Of a stretch of 64,000 nt of DNA, positions 28,114-41,073 are shown piece by piece (the stretch's first letter is position 1; each line of letters starts with the position of its first letter). A program made the position numbers and the translations under genes. The notes under the pieces are model-generated. The model was not told the origin of the DNA, did not search any database, and saw nothing but the letters and a program-made list of their open reading frames with translations. Origin of the DNA: Eledone cirrhosa (taxonomy: Eukaryota); contig OZ024744.1 in assembly GCA_964016885.1 (NCBI GenBank), positions 61,070,001 to 61,134,000 on the forward strand, written 5' to 3'.

Positions 28114-29567
28114 GTAAAAAATTATGTTACTTCTTTAAAAAGTTTTTTTTTTAAATATCCTGTAAAAAACAGTTTTTTATGTATTTGTTTTCACCTTTTG
28201 AAGGCAGCAAATTGGCCAAATTGTTAGGTTGTTAGATTAAATGCTTCAGTGTTTATTCTGGCTCATTGCACTCTGAGTTTATATCCTGCTGTTCTTTATA
28301 AGTCCTTTATATTTCTGGATAAAATCCCTTTATCAAAAGATTAAATTCGGCTAGCTGTCAAACAAAACACTATTTTCTACACTTTGCACAATGCTTCGAG
28401 TAAACTACACCTTCTCTTTCTCTTTCTTTCTCTGGAAGAAATCAGCAGTATTCAGATTTGGAGAAGGATGGACTCTGCTAGGTTTAAAATGCCCTGGATG
28501 GAACCCATATGACTCCATCAAGAGTTAAGGGCCCTTTTCTTTTTATATTTACCTTAGATTTAAGGTTAAACATAGTTAAGAAACATTGCTTTACAATCAC
28601 GAGGATCTGAGTCCTCTTCCAATATGCAGTACCTTCCAGTTATGTCTTTTAACTTGGGGAAAACCCAAGGATCAACCAGAGACTGTATGGAAGCATGTTA
28701 AATTATTGACATTAGTAGAATAACTCACTCCATTAGAAATATGTAACCTTAATTGAAACTGATGATGTGTTCAAGTATTTGCATTTGTTGTTGTATGAAG
28801 AGATATGACACCTAATTTGAGAAAATGGAATGATGAACAGTCTCTTATATTATGACAAGATATATATATGTATATATCATCATCATCATCATTTCATTTT
28901 ACATCCACTTTTCCCTGCTTGCAAGGGTGGGACAGGAACTGATTCTAGCTTGATTTCTACAGCTGGATGCCCTTCCTAACACCAACCTCATTTACAGTGA
29001 GTGCTGGGTGCTTTTTTTGCCGTGGCACCTCCACGACCACTTTGCAGTGGAATGATAGGGACCTCAGTCCCTATCATCTCATTTCTACAGCTGAGTAAAC
29101 TGGAGCAATGTGAAATAAAGTGCCTTGCTCAAGGAAACAACACATCACCCGGTCTGAGAATTGAATATATATATATTATAGTATATATACATGTGTAGTG
29201 TGCACATTGATATTATATGCAAATATATATGCATGTAGATATGATACGTCTAATGAAATCGTAATTGACAATATGCACAGAAATTGAAGAGAGACTGTGT
29301 CACACTCTCTTCTGTAATCAGTAAAGTAATCCATGATACATTTAAAAAAGACGATATTATATATAAACTGCATTATGGCAAATGTTATAAAAATGAAAAA
29401 GGTGAAAATTAGTGACATAAATATAAACCTTATATAACGATGCAAATATATGAACGTTTATATAAACGATGTAATAAGTGTTATGATATAACGGACCTAA
29501 CTGGAAGTGTAGACATTTGAAAATTTTAAAGCAGTGAATCTTAAAATAAGCAATACTTTATATATAA

Positions 29568-29895
29568 GAGGCACATGGCTTAGTGGTTAGAGCATTGGCC
29601 TTGCAATCGAAAGGTTGTGAGTTCAATCCTCAGACCGGGTGATGTGTTGTTTCCTTGAGCAAGACACTTTATTTCACATTGCTCCAGTTTACTCAGCTGT
29701 AGAAATGAGATGATAGGGACTGGGATCCCTATCATTCCACTGTAAAGTGGACGTGTAGGCGCCACGAAAAAGCACCCAGCACTCACTGTAAATGAGGTTG
29801 GTGTTAGGAAGGGCATCCAGCTGTAGAAATCAAGCTAGAATCAGTTCCTGTCCCACCCTTGCAAGCAGGGAAAAGTGGACGTAAAATGAAATGAA
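29568..29895 (+). mobile_element. tRNA-derived SINE family B with RTE-derived 3' tail
   Basis: tRNA head GGCTTAGTGGTTAGAGC...GAGTTCAATCC; core CCTTGAGCAAGACACTTTATTTCACATTGCTCCAG; tail identical to the RTE 3'UTR. Copies at 28875-29163(-), 40385-40657(-) and 51278-51628(-). Confidence 0.85.
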
Positions 29896-30324
29896 ATGAA
29901 ATGATGATAAGAATATCTATATTTAATCAACAGCTATGAAATTTAGTACATAAATTATGTAATATTCATTTATTGAAAGTAATGGGCGGTGAATTGGCAG
30001 TATCAGTAGAGAGTCGGACGCCATGCTTTGCAGCAAAGAGTTATGGCTGTTTATGGTCTGAGTTCAAATCCCGCCAAAGTTAACTTTGCCTTTCATCCTT
30101 ACGGGGTCGATAAAATAAAGTACCAGTAATGTTCTGAGTAATTGCTGGCCTTGTGCCAAAAGTAGAATTAATTATTATTATTATCATCATTTAACGTCAT
30201 CTTCCCCTCTAGCATGGGTTATATATATCATCATCGTTTAATGTCCATTTTTGCATGCTATATATAAATATATATATATATCATCATCATCGTTTAATGT
30301 CCATTTTTGCATGCTATATATATA

Positions 30325-32845
30325 TCATCATCATCATCATCATCATCACCGTTTTACGTCCGTTCTTCCACGCTAGCATGGGTTAGACGGGTTGTCCTGT
30401 TGTGGGCAGTGTCTGGTCGGCTGACCATGCCTTGCTCATACAGGAACTGATCTGGCTTGATTTCTACAGCTGGATGCCCTTCCTAACACCAACCTCATTT
30501 ACAGTGAGTGCTGGGTGCTTTTTCGTGGCGCCTACACGTCCACTTTACAGTGTGGGCTGGGTGCTTTTTTGCCGTGGCACCTCCACGACCACCTTGCGGT
30601 GGGGGGGGGGGGGGCATATTGTTTATATGCTTCAGCATGTACCCATGGGAGGTCGGGTACCCTGTATTACTGCGTGACGCCAGAAGTCACGGTCGTGTGT
30701 CATTGACTTTGAGAGGTGTAGTTGGGTAAGGTCGGCTTTTATCACCTCATCCCAAGTCATCTTGGGTCTCCCCACTCCGCGGTTTCCATCAACTTCTAGT
30801 GCTCTGCACCTTTTTATGCAGCTGTCATCCTTCATACGCATCACATGTCCATACCAGCGTAACCGCCTCTCCTGCACGCAGCATTTGATTCCTCTTATGC
30901 TCAGTCTCTCTCTCAATTCATTTATGCTTTGTCGTTCACGTATATTACTGTTACACATCCATCGGAGCATGCAGGCTTCGTTTCTCTCTAATCTACGTAA
31001 GTCTTCCACCTTCAGCGCCCAGGTCTCACTACCATGCAACATCGCTGTTCGGATACACGCATCATACAGTCTGCCTTTCATTCTGAGGGAGAAGCCTTTT
31101 GCAGCTAGCAGTGGTAGTAGTTCCCTAAACTTCTTCCATCCCGGTTCTTACCCTAGTTATTGTACTTTCTGAGCACCCACCTCCGTTGCTAATTCGGTCA
31201 CCTAGGTAGCAGAAGCTGTCTACTGTTTCTACAGGGCCCTCCCAGAGATTGGTGGTACTTGTTTCCTGTGGCTGTTTGCTTGCTGTTTCAGCACAGCTGC
31301 TGCATGTGAATCCTACATTCTTAATTAAGCTTCCTGAGATCCCGCTACATCTCTTGTGTACCCATTGTTTGCATTTGGGGCAAAGAATGGAGTTCCTACC
31401 TACACCTTTCCTACATACTGAGCAAGGCCATTTCCCTGAGGGGATCTGGGTTCTGTTTTCTCGTCTACTTATAAGGACCTTAGTCTTTGTCATGTTGACT
31501 TTGAGGCCCTTTCTCTCTAGTCCCTGCTTCCAGGTTTGGAATTTATTCTCTAGTTCTACCATAGATTCAGCTATGAGTGCGAGGTCATCAGCATACAGGA
31601 GTTCCCATGGGCATCCGGTCTTAAACTCCTCCGTTATTGCCTGCAGGACTATGATGAACAGGAGAGGGCTAAGAACAGAGCCCTGGTGGACCCCAACCTG
31701 TACGCTAAATTCCTCGCTATACTCATTGCCAATCCTAACTTTGCTGACTGCTCCCCTATACATGGCTTGTACCGCTTTCACAAGCCATTCATCTACTCCT
31801 AGTTTTCTAAGAGCCCACCAGATTACTGCACGTGGAACTCTGTCAAAGGCTTTCTCAAGGTCGACAAATGCCAAGTAGAGTGGCTTACTTTTAGCTAGGT
31901 ACTTTTCCTGTAATTGCCTCACAAGGAAGAGCGCATCAGTGGTGCCTTTCCCTGGTACAAACCAAATTGCATCTCGTCTATATTCACCCGGTCCCTAATC
32001 AGCTGTGCTATAACTCTTTCTGTTACTTTCATGACCTGGTCCATCAACTTTATACCTCTATAGTTTCCTCTATCTAGTGCATCGCCTTTACCTTTGTAGC
32101 AGTTGACAATGATGCTACTGCACCAATCTTTTGGTATGGCCCCCTCTAGTATTACCTGGTTAACGATACGTGTGGTTATAGTGTGACCTACAGACCCAGA
32201 TGCCTTCAGCATCTCGGCAGCTATACCCGATGGACCGGTTGCCTTCCCTATCTTCATATCTCTGATTGCCTTACTTACTACGCTGCCGCTGACTTGTACT
32301 GCTGGTCCCTGTATAGGGTCTACGTGGGGTAGGGTCTCTTCTTCCCATGCATTCTCCTCATTTAGTAATCTATCATAATGACTCTTCCATGCATCTTTCT
32401 TCTCAGCACTTGTGAGGGCAAGCTCACCTTTATCATTCCGGATACACTTCTCTCCAATGACATCACAACTATCTCTGACACACTGCCTCGCAATCTTGAA
32501 TACCTCCTGTTTCTGGTCCTCACGTTGTAAAACATGCTTGAATTTTCTATCCTCTGCTTCCCGCCTAGCTAAGTATACTTGTCGCCTAGCTTCCCTCTTG
32601 GTCTCTATGTAATGTACCCTGCTCCCCCCGTTCTTCCATTCTTTCCATGCCTGTCTCTTGGCCTTGACTGCTTCATCTACCTTATTGTTCCACCACCAAG
32701 TCACTCTCCTCCTGCTTGAGGTCTTACTCCAGCCACAAACCTCATCCGTCGCCTCTAGTAAGTTATTTTTTAGGAACTCCCAGTTCTCTTCTACGTTAAA
32801 TGTCTCTATCTGTTCTTCTTTACTGTCGTAGGCGTTGAGTAAAAT
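30325..32845 (-). mobile_element. Second, highly similar copy of the RTE-clade LINE
   Basis: ORFs 31919-32704, 31125-31922 and 30632-31081 (FVDLEKAFD, QGSVLSP, YADD, FCYLG). Sequence is collinear with 20087-22575. (GAT)n tail. Confidence 0.93.
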
Positions 32846-32921
32846 ATCTTGAGTAATATATCTGTATAAAATATCTTGAGTAATATATCTGTATAAAATA
32901 TCTTGAGTAATATATCTGTAT
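32841..32921. repeat. 27-bp tandem repeat x3 at the LINE 5' junction
   Basis: CTTGAGTAATATATCTGTATAAAATAT starting at 32848, 32875 and 32902 (last unit partial). Confidence 0.9.
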
Positions 32922-33169
32922 ATATATATATATATATATACAGATTATGTTTAGATCTAGTGATCTTGGTAGTTCATGAGGGAGACAGAACTTGATATTA
33001 ATAATAGAGTTTTTATGACTATATTCTTCAGTAAACAAGCAGCTCACTTTGCTGAAACACGATAGACATAATGTAAGAAACTATATATGGTTTCATTTGC
33101 ATCAATAAACCTGTTGCACTTTTCTGTCTCAATTGACTACTTACTACTTATCATCATGAACATCATCAT

Positions 33170-36100
33170 CATCAGGTCGTTTCCTTAGACAATGTTGATA
33201 GTTATACTTTTCCACTTGTCCTTATCCTGCATGGCTTATGTGAGTTCATTCTTTCCAAGATTTGTGTCTTTACAAACCCATTCCAGAAATGTAACATTCT
33301 TTTACCATATATGGGTTCCAATAGCAATAACTGGTGTAATGCCTCTGCTTGATCTCTTTGCCATATGTGACCTATGAAACTGAGTCTTCTAGCTTTTATG
33401 ACATCTGTAATCGGTTTCAAGTTGTCATCAGTGGTGGATTAACAATATAAGCAAAGTAAGCACATGCTTAGGGCATCAAAAAATTTTTATATAATGAATT
33501 TACAGTTTAAATTATTAAATTAATTAATTTTATAGCAATTTTCAAAATCAAATAAGAAATGAATAAATTTGGTATAAACATAGTTGTTCAATTCAGTTTA
33601 TTTGTTAAATCTCAGTTTTTCAGACGTTTATCTTTAGAAACTCCAATGTATTCTGGTTCAATTTTAAAATGGCTACATGCTTGTTGAAATGTTTTTTAAG
33701 GTTTATGAATATAGCCACCAGCTGAAAGTTTTTTGATACTCCCAATCCCAACTAACTAAGGTTTATTTTCTGCTTCTTTTTATTAATAATTCTGTTCATT
33801 AGGGATTTTTAGTTTTTTTACAAATTTTTTTTTAACCTTTTAATATTGTAGACTCTATATAAAAAATAATTGTCATTTGTGTTCTAGATTATCTGCTATA
33901 TAGTATAACTTTTTTATTTCTACATAATTTTTTTTTGTTGAAAATTTTTTATCTGAACAAACTCAAGCTTTAATTTTATAACTATATTTGCTGATTGTTT
34001 ATTTGGGTTCACACCATCCTTTTTCAAATCTAACCATCAGATCTAATTAACAGATTCCCCAAAAATCTAACCATTCAAATCTAATTAACAGATCCAAAAA
34101 ACCAAGATGAAACTCATTCAGTTAAGTGGGGCACAAAAACGAAAACTTTCAAACAAGAAACAAGAAAAAGCTTCGGAATTAGATCGCAAGACAGCAAAGC
34201 TGACTAATTTTTTCTCACAAGTTCCATAACATAATTTACAGATTCCAGGTCAAAACCGATATACGTTATCAGAAGTAGACATGAATACGGAAAATACAAC
34301 TTTGATTACTTCAGAATCAAAATATGATGACATTAGAAGTACCGAGATGTCGCAAGCATGTTCATCCAGCACATGTCTCACAACTGATCTTACTTTGCCT
34401 GTGAATTCTCTTTATTCGGATACCTCTACTGCAAATGATGATAGGGCTCAAATAATTGCTGAAAATAGAAGTTTAGAGCACTGTGACAATGGGGTGAAAT
34501 TAATTTGCCTGTAAAAAATGAAGAAAATTACAATTTTGCGAATGATCCAGGAATGTGGCTTGATTTCTCTGCTAATGATATAACTTATTGGATTTCTTGT
34601 GAACCCAGTATTTGTCAACACCACAACGGGCCATTTGAAAAGTCTTGCCGTCATTTTAGTAGTGGCAAACCAGTAAGGTATTGCTCACAGAAACTTTTTA
34701 TTGGGACAAAAGCCAATGGTGAAAAATACAAGAGAGAGTGGTTACTCTATTCACCATCAAGAGGATCAGTTTATTGTTTTGTTTGTAAACTGTTTGCTCG
34801 TGAAAAAAATTAAATTTTTGTTTCAAGAGAAGGGTTCAGTGATTGGCACAATACTATTGTAATTGAAAAGCATGAGAAAAGCATTATTCACCGAGACTCT
34901 TTGCTGGCATATTTAACTCGCAGGCAAGGTGCGGGGTTAAAGTCAGATTTGGAGAAACAAATTCATGAAGAGTGCAATTACTGGGAACACGTTTTGAGGT
35001 GTGTCATAACTGTTATTTGTACGTTAACTGAACGTAGCTTTCCTTTTAGAGGAAGTGAAGAGAAGTTTGGATCGTTGCAAAATGGGAATTTTTTAGGGCT
35101 GCTTGAACTCATAAGCCAGTTTGATCCATTTTTAGCAGGCCATATTTCTAAATAAGGGAATTCTGGAAAAGGAAATCCTTCTTACATGTCAAAAACCACT
35201 ATTGAGGAAATTATTCAACTAATGGCACAAAAGGTCCGTTCATTATTAACAAAGTTAAATCTTCTGGTTATTTTAGTTTGCCCATTGATTCAACACCAGA
35301 TCTATCACATAGCGATCAATTGAGTGTTGTACTTAGGTATTTATAAGATGGACAGCCTATTGAACAATTTTTAACCTTCATCATAACAAAACCACACTGG
35401 CGAAAATATGGCGAACCAGGTGCTGCTGCATTTACGTGAAGCTTGTGGGTTAAATGTTTCAAAATGTAGGGGTCAGACTTATGACAATGCTGCTAACATG
35501 TCTGGGCGTTATAAGGAGATGCAGCAAAACATTTTAGAAACAAACAAGTTTGCTATATATGTGCCCTGTGCAGCTCATTCATTAAATCTTGTTGGCCGGA
35601 GTGCTGTTGACTGCTGTCAAGAGGCTGTTAATTTTTTCTCTACAGTTCAGTTACTCTGTAATTTCTTTTCCGCTTCCACTAACCGTTGGAAAATTCTCAA
35701 AGATTGTATTAAGAATGAATGTGTCTTGAAATCCCTCTCTGATACAAGATGGGAAGCACATGCAGCAACAGCAGCAATCTTGAAATCGTTCCCTGAGATT
35801 TCCGAGACATTAGAATATATAGGCGAAGATCAATCACAAAAGGGAGACGCTAGAAGAGAGGCAAATAATATTGTTGATAAGATGCAAGAGCTAGAATTCG
35901 TTTTATGTTGATTTTTTGGAATGAGATTTTGCAGAATTTTCACAGAGTAAGCAAAGTTCTACAAAATGAGGATGCGAACTTAAAGACATGTGCAGATCTC
36001 TATGTATCATTAGCTGACCAACTGAACACTTCACGAGATGAATTTGAAAGATATGAAAAAGAGGCCAAGGAAATTCTTCCAGATGTTGATTACAGGACAA

Positions 36101-36995
36101 CTGCAACTCGCAAACGTATTAGAAAAAAGTACCCAATGACGGAGACACAGCAGAAGTTTATTTAGATGCCAGAGATAAGTTTCGTATCACCACATTTTAC
36201 ACAATTGATGACAAACTTGCAGCTGAGATGGAAAGAAGAGGAGAGATATACAAAGAAATGGCAGAGAAATTTTCTTTTCTTAGTGATGTGCCAAATATAG
36301 GCACTCCATCAGCTACTAATATTGAAAGGTATTCTCAGTACTGTCAAAAGTTGATCGATGCTTATCCAGAGGATTTCAATAGTAATTTCTTAGCTGAGCT
36401 TCAGCAGTTTCATTTATATGTGCACAATAAGATGAGTAGAACAGAAAATGTAAAAACAAGATTTAATCATGCTGAACTTTATAAAATTATTGTAAAAGAC
36501 AATATTGAGTGTGCCTTTCTAAATGTAGACATAGCCTTTCGTATATTTTTAACATTAATGGTTACTAACTGCTCAGCGGAGCGTTCATTTTCACGGTTGA
36601 AATATATTTAAAATACCTTCAGAACAACCATGCAACAATACAGGCTGGATGCTTTATCCCTATTGTGTATAGAAGCAGAAGTGTTACGCAAGATTGGTTA
36701 CGAGGATCTGATCAAAGACTTTGCAAGAAAAAAAAGCAGGAAAAAGTTATTCAATAAATAAAATTATTTTCTCTCTTTCTGTATGTTTTGCTTTATTTTA
36801 AAATTTCAATAAATAAAACTTTAATTTACCATATATTATTGTTTATGTTTTGATCTACAAATGTATGGGGGCACCAACATTTTTTAGTGCTTAGGACCTC
36901 TAAGGGTTTTAATTCGGCCCTGGTTATCATATAGAGATTTGTTTGTTTTGGGCTTCCTCCAAGATACATTTTTCACTTATAGTAATGCTTAATGT
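33170..36995 (-). mobile_element. RTE LINE 3' fragment split by the hAT insertion (33170-33428 + 36923-36995)
   Basis: Removing the hAT and one TSD restores NVSWRKPKTNKSLYDNLKPITDVIKARRLSFIGHIW. Confidence 0.75.
33429..36922 (+). mobile_element. Decayed autonomous hAT DNA transposon (ZMYM1/DUF4371-like transposase pseudogene)
   Basis: TIRs CAGTGGTGGATTAA / TTAATTCGGCCCTG. 8-bp TSD GTTGTCAT/GTTATCAT. Motifs REWLLYS...YCFVC, FRG..E.....GNFLGLLEL, RGQTYDNAANMSG, CAAHSLNL, TRWE, VTNCSAERSFSRLK. Confidence 0.93.
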
Positions 36996-37903
36996 CATTT
37001 ATATAAACAACACACCATTTATTTATTCCATACTTTGATTCATAGAGTTATGTTTCATAGCAAAAGATCAAACCAATGTGAGACATTTTTCTGTGTTGCA
37101 CATTAGTAGAATAACCTACCAAGCTATGCTAAATGACTGACCAATTATCTTGTGGAGATAAAATGTTGTTAGACCTCCATCATTTCTGATATGAGTGCTC
37201 CAGTTGATTGAATCAACAGAACTGCCTGCTCATGAAATTAATGTATAAGTGGCTGAGCATTCCACAGACACGTGCACTCTTAACATAGTTCTCAGGGAAA
37301 TTCAGTGTAATACTATTTGATAAGGATGTCACCTTGAATTACAGGTACAGCTTGTATTTTGCTAGCTGAATGAACTGGAGCAACCTGAAATAAAGTGTTT
37401 TGCTGAAAGACACAATATGTCAGTCCGGGAATCAAACTCACAACCATATGATTTTAAGATGAACACCCTAACCACTAAAACAGATTTAAATGCCTAATTT
37501 GAGACAGAGGGAGTGGAATGCTTAAAGGCTCCTTTTGGTCATGATTGACCATGGGTTTGCACCATGAAGTTCCTCTCTAAGGTGTAAGCTTGGGTAAGGG
37601 GTTTTGTGGAAATCTGGATCAATGTTAAACAAAGCATCTTTCTCAAGAACACAATATGCCTTCTGTAATATAATTCATAACGCTGTTGTCCAATAAGCAA
37701 TTGATACAGTGTTTAAGTATTTCTTCATGGATTGAGAAGAATGTAGACAGTTCCTGATGTGGAGCTCAATAATGTATGAAACTGAAGTCAAGCTGTTCAT
37801 TTTTTTCAATCTATGGAGAAATATGTAAATAAAGCATGTTTACATGCTTAAATATATTTTAAAAAAATGTGTACTGTTTGTACAGATATGAATTTATGTT
37901 TAA

Positions 37904-38078
37904 CCCTTTAGCATTTAAACCAGCTGTATCTGGCCAGAATTCTCTCACCTCTTTCTGTTCAAACTGGCTGAAACTCATACTGATGTTAAGGTATTCTCTC
38001 AAATTAAATAATATCAAAATCTCATATTATGTGAGATAATTATGTAAGATAAAGCCTTTACCGTGAAAATGCAATAGT
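37904..38078 (+). mobile_element. Truncated copy of the piggyBac-like MITE
   Basis: TTAA-CCCTTTAGCATTTA and an internal sequence matching 6077-6284. Confidence 0.7.
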
Positions 38079-38227
38079 ATATATATAATGAGTTGAGTAC
38101 TGTCAGTGAGTTTGTTTTGTTATTGTGTTGTTGTTTGTACCAAATCAATGTTTATACTGTATAATGTAATTGTATTGGGATTAATTCAAATCCAATTTTC
38201 TCTTCTTTGTTTATCTTCTCTTTCTAG

Positions 38228-38485
38228 AATGATCCAATATCAGCCAGCATTAGGAATATTTCGAAATACTTTCAAGTACAACAACTACATGTATGTTCTT
38301 GCAGCTCACATTGGTGAAAGAATCACAAATAAAACATGGGAAGAAATGGTCAACGATTACATATTTGTTCCCCTTGGAATGAAAAATAGTGGCTTTTCCG
38401 ATCAAACAGAATTTAACAAAAGTTTTGCCATGCCTTATGTCACTGTTCACGGAAAATTAAAGAAAATTGGAATGGAGGGCGTCAG
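38228..38485 (+). CDS. Exon 3 of beta-lactamase-like gene (YxN motif)
   Basis: Polypyrimidine tract + tttctag. Encodes FRNTFKYNNYMYVLAAHIGERITNKTWEEMVNDYIFVPLGMKNS. Donor AG|GTAAAA. Confidence 0.93.
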
Positions 38486-38873
38486 GTAAAATTGTGTATG
38501 CATGTATGTATTTCTTCGTTTGTTCGTACATGGGTATGTGTGTGTGTGTGTATTTGTGTGCATGAGTATGTATGTATATATGTGTGTATGTGGTACTATC
38601 ATATCTGAATGGTTAAGAAATTAGCTTCAAATTCCCAAGGTTTGTTCTGCTGTGCAACATCTTGGGTTTTGAATAAAGTGTCTTTTACCATAGACCCATT
38701 TTGAACCTGCCAGTGAAATTTATGAAAAATCAGGGAGTGTGGGTAAGAGAGTAGGAGTATTATAATGCACAAGATTGAAGGATTGGAGTGTGAAAGAAGT
38801 AAAAAAAAAGGCTTAGTAGAAGAGAGGTAGTAATGGCAACTAGTTGTTTGTTGGTGAGAAAACAAGAAAGATC

Positions 38874-38933
38874 AAGAGATAGATGGTATCAGAGATAGAT
38901 GGTATCAGAGATAGATGGTATCAGAGATAGATG
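38874..38933. repeat. 16-bp minisatellite GAGATAGATGGTATCA x~3.5
   Basis: Direct read of the sequence. Confidence 0.9.
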
Positions 38934-39798
38934 TCAAGGAGTGGCCTGAAGGCAAGGGAGTATTTTAACATTTAGTTCATCATGCGTATTATTGTAGCAA
39001 TTTACATTGATACTGCTGCACCAGTCATCGGGTATGCCACCATCCTGTAATACTTGATTAACTGTGTCAAACTAGCTCATGTCCTACCATTTCATTGTGG
39101 TACTAACACTAGGGAAGATGTCATATCCTTGGCATAGCTGAATAGTTTATCCAAGCTTTTGTTTGGCAGGTTTTCTATAATTGGATACCCTTCCTATTAC
39201 CAACCACTTTACATAGTGTACTGGGTGCATTTATTGTGCCGACCAGCAACACTAGAGAGGCTGTTGTGCCCCAACACCTCTTGATAGTCCTCTCAACACT
39301 TATCATGTAGGGTGTACTGGGTGCATTAACCCTGGCACTAACACTACATATGATGCCATCATTGATTCAACTGATGAGCCCTCTTTCCCCTATAGGTGGC
39401 GATGGGGTTTATGTCAAGGGTGAATGCCAAATGTGGAGGGATTTGAAAGGGTGAGGGTGGTGGACGGTAAGGGAGACAGCTGGTAGTGTGGAAGGTACTG
39501 TGGTGGTATCAAGGGTTAGAGTGAATAAATATATGTATTTTTTTTAAGATGGTTAACTAAGAACAACACATGGTTTCTCTCCTATCTAACCTTCTTCCCA
39601 TTTTCTATCTTTTTTTACTCTCATTTATCTTCCTATTTATTCTTCTCTTTCCAAATATCCTGTCTTGTCTCTCTTCCTCATTTTATCTTCCGATGAAGGA
39701 CTAGTGTCCAAAATGTTAAGACTCTTTTCCTACTATATCAAGTGTTAAACTAATATACCATATTGTTCTCTTGTGTTATTTTTTCCTTGTTGACTTTT

Positions 39799-39846
<48 letters not shown>

Positions 39847-40676
39847 TATAGGAAAAGAGTCATATATATATATATGTATATAGTGTACTTGTAAGGGAAG
39901 TGACTTGATTTGTAACTGTGCGTTGAAACTAAAGCAATTATAGCCTAGAAGAGTCATTTTAGCCATTGAATAACACTTGAAATCAGTTAACTTCACCTTA
40001 CATTTGTCATTTGTTTCTTGGTCTAAAAACTTTCGTAGCATTGGTATTTAAGATTGCAGCAAAGAAGGATAGCAGGAAAGTGGTAAGAACTAATCGAAAG
40101 GTCATGGAAATTCTGATTTCATTGACCAGAGATCGACAAGTAGATAGATAGATAGAGAGAGAGGAGGGTGGAGAGTCGTGTTTAATGGACTGTGACTAAT
40201 TCTAGTATTTGACTGTATTTCATGACATGATCTACATAGTTCCAAGTTAAATATGAAGAATGGTATTACAAGATACCTCTACACATGTACATCCACACAC
40301 ACACAAACACAATACATATATACTCACCACTATATACACACTCACATGCATATATGCATACACACACTTATACCCATCCGCACGGTTGATTTCTACAGCT
40401 GGATGCCCTTCCTAACACCAACCTCATTTACAGTGAGTGCTGGGGTGCTTTTTTGCCGTGGCACCTCACGACCACTTTGCAGTGGAATGATAGGGACCCC
40501 CAGTCCCTATCATCTCATTTCTACAGCTGAGTAAACTGGAGCAATGTGAAATAAAGTGTCTTGCTCAAGGAAACAACACATCACCCGGTCTGAGAATTGA
40601 ACTCACAACCCTTTCGATTACAAGGCCAATGCTCTGACCACTAAGCCATGTGCCTCCATGTATGTATGTAAGATCA

Positions 40677-40779
40677 TCTCCCCTTCTCTATAATTTAACT
40701 GCTTTACTCTCTCTGTTGCTCTTCACTCTCTATATGACAACACTGTTTTAGTTTCCGTATCTCCCTTCAATATATACAC

Positions 40780-40848
<69 letters not shown>

Positions 40849-41073
40849 TTAGGAAAACTATACACACATCTACAGAGAGAGACAGAAAAACAGAGGAGGG
40901 GAAAAGAGAGAGATAGGCTGTTAGACAGAGAGAGATACAATTAATGTGTTAGTTATTCAGAGAGAGAGAGTGAGTCGGAAGGACAATGTGACACGGGAGG
41001 GTGTGTGGTATCTTTGCAGTGGAGTGGTGGGGGCAGGTATACCTAGCCGGCTCCAGCCGGACGGGCCAGCTAG
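40677..41073 (+). mobile_element. Possible non-autonomous Helitron-like element
   Basis: 3' end has hairpin CCGGCT-CC-AGCCGG followed 9 nt later by CTAG|T. 5' boundary uncertain. Internal (GA)n. Confidence 0.45.

Noticed and set aside
32841-32921. Short direct repeats resembling a CRISPR array
   Set aside because: There are no unique spacers, and the context is a eukaryotic LINE junction.
34281-36760. Domesticated ZMYM1-like host gene
   Set aside because: Multiple stops and frameshifts plus TIRs and an 8-bp TSD show it is a dead hAT transposon.
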